Positions 46,897-56,779 of a DNA stretch of 64,000 bases are shown piece by piece. The translations under genes and the position numbers were made by a program. The stretch comes from an uncultured Actinomycetes bacterium (GTDB taxonomy: Bacteria; Actinomycetota; Thermoleophilia; Gaiellales; Gaiellaceae). The notes under the pieces are model-generated. The model saw only the letters and a list, made by a program, of their open reading frames with translations, did no database searches and was not told the origin of the DNA. The stretch covers positions 128,938-192,937 of the forward strand of contig CAWDJV010000003.1 of the NCBI GenBank assembly GCA_963802795.1. The letters are read 5' to 3'. Each line of letters opens with the position of its first letter. Position 1 is the first letter of the stretch.

Positions 46897-49800
46897 ATGA
46901 CCGACCGGCTCGACGAAGCGGAGCGCCAGCTCCGTGCCGGGGACATCGACGCGGCACTGCAGCTTCTCCAAAGCGCACGGCGGGCCGCGGGTACGCAGCG
47001 AGACACCACGCGCATGCGTGAGATCGTCGAGCTCGGCCAGCGCATCGAGGGCGAGGCTGTCGGCTTGGTCAAGAAGCAAGCCTCGCTCTTCCTCCTTGCG
47101 GCCAGGACTGACCTGCTGTTCGCGGAGAAGCAGGACGCGCTCGTCCGAGATCGGATCGAAGCGGGGCGCGCCGCCGTCGCTGCGGGCGACGCAGGCGTCT
47201 GCTCTTTCGCCCTCGAGGACGCTCTCGGCAGAGAGCTGGGGAAGATTCCGACGCGGCGGGACCGCGCGGCGCTGGTCGAGATCGTTGCGCTCGCGAACGC
47301 GATCTCGCCGCGCGCCCGAGGAAGGGTGCTGCGCCGTCTCACGAGGGTTCTGGCCGAGGCCGAGAAGGCCCTTGGCCACCTGCAGGTGGCCAAGCCTTCA
47401 GGCCCGCCCCTGGCCAGGACGCCCACAGCTCGAGCGCCTGCGCCGGACGCGCTCGCCGCCGACGCGGTGCTGACGGCGAAGCTCGACGCCTTCGAGCAGC
47501 ACATCCGGTCGCTCGAGTCGGCGCTCGCGGAGCTTCGAGAGAGGGAGCTTCCGGCGCTTCGGGCGCTCGCCGCAGGCGGCGGGCGGGCTGCGGCGCCCGC
47601 GCCGGTCGTCTCGGTGTCGACGGACGATGTGCAACCGCCGGTCCGCGGGTGGGCTCCTGCTCCCGACGTGCAGGTCGGGCCCGAGATCCCCGCACCGAAG
47701 CCTGCAGAGCCTCTACGGCCTCAGGCGGCGCCGAAGCCGGCCGGCGCTGCCCCGCGTCGCCCGCGTCCGGCGGTTCCGCAGGTCACGCTCGCGCAGCTGC
47801 AGGAGCCGCGCGCCCTCGCCTGGGCGGGAGGAATCGTGACCCTCCTCGGAATCGTCTTCATCTCGATTCTCGCGGCAGATCGTGGCTGGGTCAGCGCCGA
47901 GCTTCGAGTCGTCCTCGGTGCGCTCGTCTCCGCGGCGATCTACGGCGCCGGCGTTTTCGCGTACGGACGCTACGGCCGCACCTGGGCCGCTCTCGCCGCG
48001 GCTGGGGCGGGGATCGGGGGCGCGTACGCGACGCTCGCCGCCGCGGGCGCCGTCTACGACTTCATCGGGAAGCCGGAAGCCCTCCTCGGGGCCGCGTTCG
48101 TCGCGGCGGTCGGCGTGGTCACCGCGGTCCGGTGGAACACGCAGATGACCGCCATCCTCGGCCTGGTGGGCGCGATGCTCGGCCCCACGTTGATCGAAGG
48201 CGGCGTGAGCGTGGAGGGAAGCGCCTTCGTGACGATCGTCCTCGGCGCAACCGTCGCGCTCACGGTGTGGAAGCGCTGGCTCGAGACCATGGCGATCGGC
48301 GGCGTCGTCAGCTTTGCACTGGCTCTGGGCCTACTCGGGGAGCTGAGCCCGGGCGACGACACGGCCGCGGCGGTCGTGGCGGCCACGTACGCGCTGCTCT
48401 TCCTGGCGGCCGGAATCGGTCACGACCTCAGACCTCCTCGGCCGCTCCTCGGAGAGGAGATCGTGCCCGCCACAGTCGCGGCCTTCCTCGGGGCAGGGGC
48501 CCTGGTCCCGCTCGTTGTCGCGCTGCAGGTCGACCCCGGCTCGCCTGTCGGGGTCCCGGTGACCCTCGCGGCCGTATGGCTCGCGGAGCTCGCGATCGCG
48601 ATCGCGTACCAGCTCGTGCGCGGGGCGGCGAACCTGCAGCGCGTGGTGAGCACGCTCCTGTTCGCCGCGTCGGCGCTCTCGTTCGCGACGACGCTCCGGT
48701 TCTTCGAGGGTCGCGAGGAGGGCTACGCTCTCATCGCGAGCACCGTCGTCTACCTCGCGTGCCTCGCCCTCCTGCGGGGACGAGGTCAGCGGGACCTCTC
48801 GAGCGCGCTTTGGGCGGTGGCCCTCACCGCGACCGCGGTCGGCGTCGCCGACCTCGTCTCGGGAAACGAGCTCGCGCTTGTCTGGGCAGCGGAGGGTGCC
48901 CTGCTTTCGTGGCTCGGGCTGAGGGCGCGGGAGCCGCGGCTCCTGCTCGGCGCCCTCGGCTATCTAGGTCTTGCCCTCGGGCAGACACTCATCCTCTCGG
49001 CGCCGCCGACCGAGCTCATCGTCGCCAACGACGACCCTGCCGAAGGAGTCCCGGCGGTTCTCGCGACGGCGGCCGGGCTTATCGTCTTCGCAGCCTGCTA
49101 CTGGCGCGCCGGGCTCGACCGACTGAACGTCCGCGGAACCGTCGTGCCGCTTCCGTCGGCGTGGGTCGGATCTCTCTGCGCGGTTGCAGCTGCCTTCGCA
49201 CTGACGCTCTACGCCGCGTCGCTGGCGCTCCTGGGCCTCTTCACCTGGCTCGGGGACGACGACTTCCAGGCCGCCTTCGAGCGTGGCCATCCCGCCGTGA
49301 CCTCGCTCTGGGGCGTCGTCGCCCTGGCCCTGGTGGTAGTCGGCCTCCGGCGGCGCTCGTCCGTCCTCCACGCGACCGGGCTCGCGGTCTACGGAGTGGC
49401 CGTCGCCGAGCTCGTCCTCGTGGACCTTCCGACGCTGTCCTCGACGAACGCCGCCTTCGCCGCGCTCGCCCTCGGCGTGCTCGTGCTCGCCGCCGGCTTC
49501 GAGCAGGGCCGCCTTTCTCGTGCGACCGTCGAGGGCTTCGAGGTCGACCCGCTCGCGCTCGGCTTCATCGGCAGCAGCCTCATGTTCCTGGTGCCGGCGA
49601 TCGTCGTCCTCCTCGAAGGCACCACCTGGTCCGTCGACAGGCTGGGCGCCGGTCTCCTCGCGGCCGCCGCGGCCTACGGAGCCCTCGCAGCGCTCGTTTT
49701 CCGGGAGAACCGCGACTTCAGCACCGTGCTCTGGGCGCCGGCGTTCGCCCTCGGGGCCGCCGCCGTGCCCGAGCTGCTCGGCGATCCCTGGCGCGTGCTC

Positions 49801-50439
49801 GCGTGGTCGGCCGCCGGCGTCGCGCTTGCCTGGCTGGCGGGACGCGCTGGGGAGCCTCGGTTCCTGCCGGCCTCGGGAGCCTTCGTCGGCCTCGCGCTCG
49901 CGTATGCCCTCCTGCTCGAGGTTCCTCCGACGGATCTCTTCGTCGCCGAACTTCGGCCGGCGGCCGGCCTCCCGAGCCTCCTCCTGGCGACGGCCGCTGC
50001 GTACGCCTTCGCCGCATCCCTCGACAGGGTTCAACGGGCGACCGCGTTCTGGACGGCCGGAGCCGTCACCGTGTTCGCGGCCTCCGTTGCGATCGTCGGG
50101 CTGTTCCAGTGGCTCGCCGCCGACGACCCGAAGAGCGTCGACGACGCCTTCCAGCGCGGGCAGACCGGCGTGAGCGCGCTGTGGGCCGTCGTCGGCCTCG
50201 TGCTCCTCTCGATCGGCTTGTGGAAGGACTCGCGAAACGTTCGGATCGGCGGCCTCGTGCTCTTCGGAATCGCCCTCGCCAAGCTCTTCCTCTACGACCT
50301 CTCCGCTCTGAGCGCCATGGCGCGCGCTGTCTCGTTCCTCGGGGTCGGCCTCGTCCTCCTGCTCGCCGCATTCCTCTACCAGCGCGTGAGCGGCCGGGAC
50401 GACGAAGCCGAAAGCCCACCGAGACCGTCGATCCCATGA
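46897..50439 (+). CDS. Giant DUF2339-like polytopic membrane protein with cytoplasmic coiled-coil/Pro-rich N-terminus
   Basis: AGGAGG at 46886-46891, then ATG 46897 (GTG 46891 is also possible). ~300-aa soluble N-terminal region, then >25 predicted hydrophobic helices in repeated blocks. One uninterrupted frame of ~1180 codons. Confidence 0.8.
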   Translation: MTDRLDEAERQLRAGDIDAALQLLQSARRAAGTQRDTTRMREIVELGQRIEGEAVGLVKKQASLFLLAARTDLLFAEKQDALVRDRIEAGRAAVAAGDAGVCSFALEDALGRELGKIPTRRDRAALVEIVALANAISPRARGRVLRRLTRVLAEAEKALGHLQVAKPSGPPLARTPTARAPAPDALAADAVLTAKLDAFEQHIRSLESALAELRERELPALRALAAGGGRAAAPAPVVSVSTDDVQPPVRGWAPAPDVQVGPEIPAPKPAEPLRPQAAPKPAGAAPRRPRPAVPQVTLAQLQEPRALAWAGGIVTLLGIVFISILAADRGWVSAELRVVLGALVSAAIYGAGVFAYGRYGRTWAALAAAGAGIGGAYATLAAAGAVYDFIGKPEALLGAAFVAAVGVVTAVRWNTQMTAILGLVGAMLGPTLIEGGVSVEGSAFVTIVLGATVALTVWKRWLETMAIGGVVSFALALGLLGELSPGDDTAAAVVAATYALLFLAAGIGHDLRPPRPLLGEEIVPATVAAFLGAGALVPLVVALQVDPGSPVGVPVTLAAVWLAELAIAIAYQLVRGAANLQRVVSTLLFAASALSFATTLRFFEGREEGYALIASTVVYLACLALLRGRGQRDLSSALWAVALTATAVGVADLVSGNELALVWAAEGALLSWLGLRAREPRLLLGALGYLGLALGQTLILSAPPTELIVANDDPAEGVPAVLATAAGLIVFAACYWRAGLDRLNVRGTVVPLPSAWVGSLCAVAAAFALTLYAASLALLGLFTWLGDDDFQAAFERGHPAVTSLWGVVALALVVVGLRRRSSVLHATGLAVYGVAVAELVLVDLPTLSSTNAAFAALALGVLVLAAGFEQGRLSRATVEGFEVDPLALGFIGSSLMFLVPAIVVLLEGTTWSVDRLGAGLLAAAAAYGALAALVFRENRDFSTVLWAPAFALGAAAVPELLGDPWRVLAWSAAGVALAWLAGRAGEPRFLPASGAFVGLALAYALLLEVPPTDLFVAELRPAAGLPSLLLATAAAYAFAASLDRVQRATAFWTAGAVTVFAASVAIVGLFQWLAADDPKSVDDAFQRGQTGVSALWAVVGLVLLSIGLWKDSRNVRIGGLVLFGIALAKLFLYDLSALSAMARAVSFLGVGLVLLLAAFLYQRVSGRDDEAESPPRPSIP

Positions 50440-51185
50440 AGCCGGAACGAGCCATCGCCGCCTGCCTTTCGGCGCTCGCCGCCGGCCTCGTCGCGCTCCT
50501 CCTGTTCGGGCCGACCGAGGGCGCGGAGGCCAAAGAGGAATCTCAGGAGGCAACGGCGACCGCTCCCGAGCCCCAGACGACGGCGGAGATCGAGACCGAG
50601 CCGGTCACCACGACCGAGACCGAGCCGGTCACCACCACGGAGGCCGAGCCGGTCACCACCACGGAGGCCGAGCCGCCGCCCTTCCTGCCCGGCGACGGCA
50701 CGTTCCCCGGGCCCGTCAGGCTCTTCCTGTTCTACCAGTCCGAGGTGAAGTGGAGGACGCACGAGCTCCCGAGCAAGGCGTCGGAGGTAACCATCGAGGC
50801 GAGGGCGACCTCCCTTCGGGGCCAGGCGGGCGACGTCCACGGTGTCGAGTGCACGCTCGACCGCCGGACGACGTACACGTTCTACGTCGACCTCTGGAGC
50901 GAACGGTACACGCTCGAGCGGACGAAGATCAAGACGACGGAGTACCTTCAGCGCGGCGAGGCGCCGAGCCTGCTCGCCCCCACGCGGCCAAATGTCCTGA
51001 GCCTCACGTGTGAATCACGGCGGCAGGGGACGATGCTGAGCCTCCGCGCGAACGGCGAGCCGCTCACGGCCTTCCTCGACCGCGGGAGCTCCGGCCGCTT
51101 CAGCGCCGTGAGCCTGGCCGCATGGAGCCCGGCGGGTGATCACACGGTCGTCTTCGACGGCGTCGTCGTCCAGACGAATCCCTAA
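50436..51185 (+). CDS. Secreted protein with EPVTTTE repeats and a beta-rich C-terminal domain
   Basis: The ATG overlaps the upstream stop (ATGA at 50436-50439). Signal/anchor AIAACLSALAAGLVALLLF, three EPVTTTE repeats, then a ~170-aa globular part. This is the last 249 codons of ORF 47649-51185. Confidence 0.7.
   Translation: MKPERAIAACLSALAAGLVALLLFGPTEGAEAKEESQEATATAPEPQTTAEIETEPVTTTETEPVTTTEAEPVTTTEAEPPPFLPGDGTFPGPVRLFLFYQSEVKWRTHELPSKASEVTIEARATSLRGQAGDVHGVECTLDRRTTYTFYVDLWSERYTLERTKIKTTEYLQRGEAPSLLAPTRPNVLSLTCESRRQGTMLSLRANGEPLTAFLDRGSSGRFSAVSLAAWSPAGDHTVVFDGVVVQTNP
50592..50675 (+). repeat. 24-nt in-frame tandem repeat (3.5 units)
   Basis: gagaccgagccggtcaccacgacc / gagaccgagccggtcaccaccacg / gaggccgagccggtcaccaccacg / gaggccgagccg. 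Confidence 0.85.
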
Positions 51186-51539
51186 GCGGTCCCGTCGCTC
51201 GTGGGCGACCCCGACCCGGAACGCAGCCGCGTCGGGCCACGCCTCGGGCGCCGGCAAGCCGGGGCGAGCCCGCCAGTTGAGAGCGGTCGAGGACCTGCTC
51301 CCGTAGGCCGCAGAGGCTCCCGGAGACCCAGAGCGCCAACAGCCCTGGTACGTGGACCGCGCGACCGCCGACGAGCGTCGCGAGAACGGAGCCGGCGTGG
51401 CGGGTTGACCTCGTTCCCGACGCCCCACTGGAAGTTCGACGCCGAGAACCACGAGGCGAGACAGACCGAGGGCGGTACTCGCGATCGAGTCGCGCCCGCC
51501 GTCGACGCTCACGTGTGTTGTCTCGTAGGTCGACTGTGT

Positions 51540-51980
51540 CTATCGCCGACGGATCCCGCGAGAGCTGACGACCCCTTCGATCTCGGCTGCCGCGACTGCC
51601 GTGGTCCTCGTGTTCCCAGACGCGGATAACCGTCCAGCCTGCAGCGGCGAGCTGCGCAGTCGCGTGTCCCTATCGCGGCGCTGGTTCGCCTCGATCTTCT
51701 GTCGCCACCAAGCGGCGTTCGCCTTCGGCCAAGTGCCGTGCTCAGGACAGCCGTGCCAGTAGCAGCCGTCGCAGAAGACAGCGACCTTGCGACGCGGGAA
51801 GACGATGTCCGCTCGTCTGCGGACCGTAGGGAGGGGTGGAAAATCGACGCGGTAGCGAAGCCCACGTCGGTGTAGCTCGCGGCGAAGAGCGACCTCGGCC
51901 GGCGTGTCGCGCTGCGGCGTGTTCTGCATCCGCCGCCTAGTCTCGGGCGCCGGCGCGACTGGAACTCGAGGCACGGCCAC
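51540..51980 (-). pseudogene. vsr: Very-short-patch repair endonuclease (Vsr) with two compensating frame changes
   Basis: TPAEVALRRELHRRGLRYRV, ADIVFPRRKVAVFCDGCYWHGCPEHG, WWRQKIEANQRRDR are in the ORF frame. The hallmark AQLAAAGWTVIRVWEHED is only in another frame, between ~51670 and ~51602. Confidence 0.75.
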
Positions 51981-51989
51981 CTCTCCAGG

Positions 51990-53233
51990 CTACGCGGCCG
52001 CGGCGGACATCGCCGTCGTAGCGATCTCAAGGGCGAGAACGTGACACCGTTCGCGGAGCTGGTCGACCGGTGTCGTCACGTCGACGGTCTCGACGCGGAG
52101 CCGCGGACCGCCGCGGACTACGCGATGCAGGCTCGGGCCGCTCGGCTTCTCGGCGTAGAGGAGGAGCCCTTCGTCTAGTCCGGTCGCGGAGCAGTAGGCG
52201 AGCAGCTGGTAGAGGTCGCCGACCTCGCCCTGCTCGCGTCGCCTTGTACTTCGCGTCGCCGACAAAAACGCAGCGGAGCCGCGCCAGAGCGAGAGGTCGG
52301 GTTCGGGTCGGACGCGGCTCGTCCTCGTCGAGGGCGACGGACTTTCCCTGTCGCCAGCGGTAGTTCGGCGGGAGAATGCCGCGGAGCTCGTCGCCGATCG
52401 CCGCCGAGACGAAGTCCTCGAACACGTCGTTCATGTCGAACAGGATCGAGCTCGTCGAAGCCGCACCCGGGTGGGAGCTCGACCGAGTGTTCGGACGAGG
52501 AGCGCGGCGAGCTCGAGCGCGGGTCGATACCGCTCGTCGAGCCGGGTGTACGTGAACGTCGGGAGTCGCCGCGGATCGGAAGCGCACATCGGTCACACTT
52601 CCGTCGAAGCCGTGAGCGCCTCCGCCGTCCTCCGTCGCAGGCGCGCGGTCGCGGAGTCGCAGACGCTCGATCCTCCGCAAGCCGCCTTGACGAGGCGGTT
52701 GGCCTCCGTGTCTACGGTGTGGTCGTCGTAGCCGACCTCGACCGGGAGGGGGAGGCCGTAGCGCCGCCGCAGCTGCTCGGCGAAGCGAACGCGGCCGCGG
52801 ACGGTCGGAAGTGCTCCTCGCGCGAGACGTAGCTCATCGGCAGGCCGCGACGCAGCGCGCCGTTGGAGTCGTCGAGGAACATCGTGACGAACGGCTCCAC
52901 GATCCCCTTGCGCGCGGCGAGCGTCGTCGGTGCCGCGAAGCGGAGCCTGCGAGCGTAGCCGAGGAGGAAGAAGACGCGGTCGATCGCGAGCTTCGGTTCG
53001 ATGACGACATGCAGCCGGCACGTCGTCGCCGCGCCCACGATGCTCGACGGCGTGACGACGTACCGCCCGCGATCGGGCTGGATCGTCAGCTTCGCGGGGA
53101 CGCCTGGAGCTCCGTGAGCTCCTGGGCGTCGAGCGCGAGCTCACTCGGCTTCCACTCCTGAAGCCGGATCGCTCTGCGCGATCGTCGACCTCCTCGCCAG
53201 CTTCGGGCTGTGCGCGCCGGCCGCGCGGTTCAC
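51990..53233 (-). pseudogene. McrC-like restriction subunit (multiple frame changes)
   Basis: GTG 53233 overlaps the McrB-like stop (GTGA). Blocks: IRLQEWKPSELALDAQELTEL; IVGAATTCRLHVVIEPKLAIDRVFFLLGYA; RGRVRFAEQLRRRYGLPLPVEVGYDDHTVDTEANRLVKAA; FDMNDVFEDFV; VFVGDAKYK; DLYQLLAYCSATGLDEGLLLYAE. They are spread over three frames. Confidence 0.7.
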
Positions 53234-55179
53234 GCGTGCTCGATTGCGGCGAGCGTGAACTCCTCACGCGGTCGGGCTCGTCGAAGAACTGCTCCTCGAT
53301 GTACGGCAGGATCGAGTGCGCCCAGATCCGCTCGAGCCACTGCCTCGGTCAAGGCCTGGCGCATGAAGTGGCTCGGTCCGATCTGCAGGTGTCGGTCGGG
53401 CGAGCATGCGTTCGCGGCGTCGACAACATCGGCGACGTAGACCATCGTCGGGCGCGTGTCGCTGTAAGCCACCGCCGCAGCAAGCCCTCGACGGGCGGCC
53501 GGTCCGGGAAGAAGTCGACGAAGTGGAAGCGGCGGCGCAGCGCCGCGTCGAGGAGCGCGATCGACCGGTCGGCGGTGTTCATCGTCGCCGATCAGATCAG
53601 AGGTTCTCCGGCAGCTCGAACGGCTCCGACCCGTACTGGAGCTCGATCTTCGTCGTCGCCGGTACTCGAGCAGGTAGTAGAGCTCGCCGAAGACCTTGGC
53701 GATGTTGCCGCGGTTGATCTCGTCGATGAGCAGCACGCAGGGCTCCGCCGACTCCTCGGCGATCTTCCGCCAGTTCGGCGCAGCGGACCCGGCCGTGAGC
53801 TCGAACGGACGTTCCCGTCGTCGCCCTCGCGCGGCCGGTAGCCCTCGACGAAGTCCTCGTAGCGTATAGACGGGATGGAACTGGACGGTCTTCCGGTGCT
53901 GGTCGTCGGGGGCGAGGAACCGGGCGAGCCGCCGAGCGACGTACGTCTTCCCCGTGCCGGGCGGGCCGTAGAAGATCATCTGCCGCTTGTCCTCCAGGAG
54001 CTCGAGGACGCGTCGCAGCCACTCCGCGTGAAGGAGCAGCTCGTCGGCCACCTCGCTCGACAGAGCCGTCCTCGGGGATCAGCTCCGTCCTCGTCCTCTC
54101 TCTGCTTCAGGAGCCACCAGAGGAAGACCATCGCGCCCCACGAGTCGTCTGCGTAGTAGGGCTCGAGGAGATCGCTGGAGGACGTCGTTGGACTCCTTCG
54201 CGAGCTGCGCCCGCGACTTGCCCCGCTCGTCCAGAGGCTCGACCGGCAGCTCGGGGAGCCGCATCACCGCGCGCTTGCCGTTCTCGCCGCGGTAGACGAA
54301 CAGCGGCACCCACCGGTCGGGGTAGACGATCGCGAGGCACTTCGTCGCCAGCGCCTCGCCGAACCCGCGCACCTTCCACTCCGGGTTGTCGAGTACGTCG
54401 TCGAGGCGGTCGCTCTCGTCGCCGGGGCCGTAGAGGAGGTGTCGGATCGTACGAGCGAGCGGGGCGATCGCCTCCGGCCCGGCACTCAGGTAGGGGTTGA
54501 TCTGCCCCTGATTGCCTGCGCCGCCGTAGGCGTTCGAGGCGATCCGGCGGAAGGCGGGGAGGTCGAACGTCTCCGGGTCCGCGATAGCGGCGTCGAGCGA
54601 TTCCTGCGCGAGCACGGGCAGCAGTTCCTCCCGCGCCGCAATCTGATCCTTGTCGTGTTGCCGTCGGGTAGCCCAGCTCTCGCTTGCAGCGCTCGATCAG
54701 CGCGCGAGACGAGTCGGCGTCGCGCCCGCCGCGCCGGCTCGTCGTACCGCGACCTCTGGGATACCACTCGCGGACCTTCGTCTCCAGCTCGCTTCCCTCC
54801 GGTAGCGATCAGCGTGGCGATCTCCCACCCTGGTCGACGTCGACGAAGATCGCCGCGGCGCCGATGTTCGTGCCCGGTCCGGTGAGCCGAGCCACCTTCT
54901 CGGCGGCGCGCTCCAGGTGCGCGTCGTTCGACAGGAGGATCGCGACGAGGTCGGGCTGCTGGTTGACGATACCGCCCTCGCCGAGACGGTTCTCGACGAC
55001 GCCGGCGTCATCGACGACCTTCGCGCGAACCTTCGTCGGCGTCGAGTCCGAGCAGCTCGGCGAGCCGGCGGTCGACCGGCCTCAGCCGGTTCGCGTTTTG
55101 AGGCGGTCCGGCGAGACGTCGCTCCCGGATGATCCGGTCGAGCTCGTCCGGAACGGCCGACGGCTGCCGACGGCCGCAT
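53230..55179 (-). pseudogene. McrB-like AAA+ GTPase with a long N-terminal region (multiple frame changes)
   Basis: ATG 55179. C-terminal motor blocks: QMIFYGPPGTGKTYVARRLA; VQFHP; VLLIDEINRGNIAKVFGELYYLLEYR; MNTADRSIALLDAALRRRFHFVDFFPD. The N-terminal ~350 aa (DELDRIIRER...; DAGVVENRLGEGGIVNQQPDLVAILLSNDAHLERAAEK...; AQESLDAAIADPETFDL...DNPEWKVRGFGEALATKCLAIVYPDRWVP) are of unknown fold. Confidence 0.7.
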
Positions 55180-55203
55180 CGTAGGGTGAATCTCGGGTGC
55201 TGT

Positions 55204-56421
55204 CTAAGCGGCGGCCTGCTCGCGAATCGAGCGGAGATGCGCCTCGACCGCATCGAGAAGAGCCCATCGGGGAACCGCGAACGTCGAATCCGCCGTGCGG
55301 CGCAGGAAGCCGGCCGTCGCGCGCTCCGACAGACGGCTTCAGTCGGGAAGCGGAGGAAGCCGGCGAGGTTCTGATAGGGAGCTCGAACGGGCCACCGCGA
55401 CACGGCACGCGGTAGGTTCCCGAGTCGTCGCCCCACGCTGCACGAGGCCACGGCGATCCGCTCGCGAAGGTCGTCATGGAGCGACTCGTCGTAAGGGCGC
55501 GGATCGCGGAGGCGTCGCCCGACCCACTCGGAGACAGGGACGCTCACGGCGTTGCCGACGAGCTTCCAGCGGCGCCCTCACCTCGCTTTCCCTCCTGCCG
55601 CGGGAGCCGTCCAGTCGGCGTTCGAACCCCTGCAGCCGCTCGGCGTCGCGGATGTCGGGCGTGCCGATCGATGCCGTCCGGCATCCAGATCGCCGGCGGC
55701 GAAGGGATGCCGATCGTCGAGCCGCCCTTCAGCGTCGGCACGCCATCCACCGCCCATCCGAGGCCGCGGATCCCCTCGGTCCAATAGAAGCCGCAGCGCG
55801 ATCCGCGTGTCGGCGGCTCGGGCTCGCCCGTCGTCCCCGTGAAACAGGACTCGCCGGGATCGTCCGTACCGCGACGCGAGCAGGATCACACGCTGCCGAC
55901 GCTGCGGAAGCCCGAAGCCCGCGCGTCGACCACTCGGTACGCCCAGCGGAAGCCGAGCTCACCCAGTCGCCGGGCGAGGTACCGCATCGCATCGACCGCG
56001 GTCGAGTTGGAGCATGAAAGGGACGTTCTCGAGCAGCAGCCAGCGCGGCTCGCGCTCCGCTCGCTCAAGCAGCTCGAACACGGGCTCCACGAGCCCGGAG
56101 TTCGTCCTTCGATACCGGCCGTGCGTCCCGCCTGGCTGAGGTCCTGACACGGAAATCCGGCCGCGACGAGGTCGCAGTCGGGGAAGCGAGTCGAGCGTCC
56201 GAATATCGCGCGCAAGCGGAATCGATGGAAAGCGGAAGCGGAGAACCGCAGCGGCGGCATCATCGATTTCGCACAGCAGCGTCCGACGAGTGCCCTGCGC
56301 GGTGAAGCCCAGCCTCGATCCCACCGATTCCGGCAAAAGAGCCCGACGACGCGGAGCGGAGACTGCACCGAATCGGAAAAGCTGCGACCTGGGTCGCGGT
56401 GATCACCTGGGAAGGACTCAT
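55204..56421 (-). pseudogene. dcm: DNA cytosine-5 methyltransferase (about nine frame changes)
   Basis: Ordered m5C-MTase motifs across three frames: FAGIGG (I), GFPCQDLSQAG (IV), LLLENVPFM (VI), FGLPQRRQRVILLA (VIII), TPDIRDAERLQGF, GNAVSVPVSEWVG (X). The ATG at 56421 overlaps the recombinase-remnant stop. Confidence 0.8.
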
Positions 56422-56779
56422 CGCCACGATCCAGTTTCGAGAGTGCGGCGGATGGCACCGTCGGACCGGGAGTCGGCAGGGAAGCGAAGTCGCTTGACCG
56501 CTCCGCGCAACTCGTGCGCGGTGTGACGCGCGTGTAGCGCTGGTTGGAGTCGAGGTGTTGTGTCCGAGCAGCTCCTGGATCTGGCGCAGGTTCGCTCCTG
56601 CGCGCAGCAACTCGGAAGCGAACACGTGGCGGAGTGTGTGCGGCGTCTCGCCTTCCGCACCTCAGCAGACGCCGCGACAGGCCTGCTACGGAAAGAGCCC
56701 TGGTAACGGGGCCTTCCGGACCACCATACGAGCGCTTCCACGCATGGAGATCCGTTGGCCGCGGTTGGCCGTCGTCCGC
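56418..56779 (-). pseudogene. Tyrosine recombinase/integrase C-terminal remnant
   Basis: Box II region [29 protein letters not shown]...[19 protein letters not shown] is read across two or three frames. No N-terminal SAM-like or core-binding part was found. The 5' limit is approximate. Confidence 0.65.

Noticed and set aside
47649-50435. First ~930 codons of the 1178-aa ORF 47649-51185
   Set aside because: This is an alternative frame of the DUF2339 gene and is Arg/Gly/Pro-rich. Only the last 249 codons (from ATG 50436) look like a real protein.
51186-51539. Possible small membrane-protein remnant between the repeat protein and vsr
   Set aside because: Short hydrophobic-looking blocks (STALGLSRLVVLGVEL; SVLATLVGGRAVHVPGLLALWVSGSL) occur in two minus frames. 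There is no start, no domain and no continuity, so this is not supportable as a feature.
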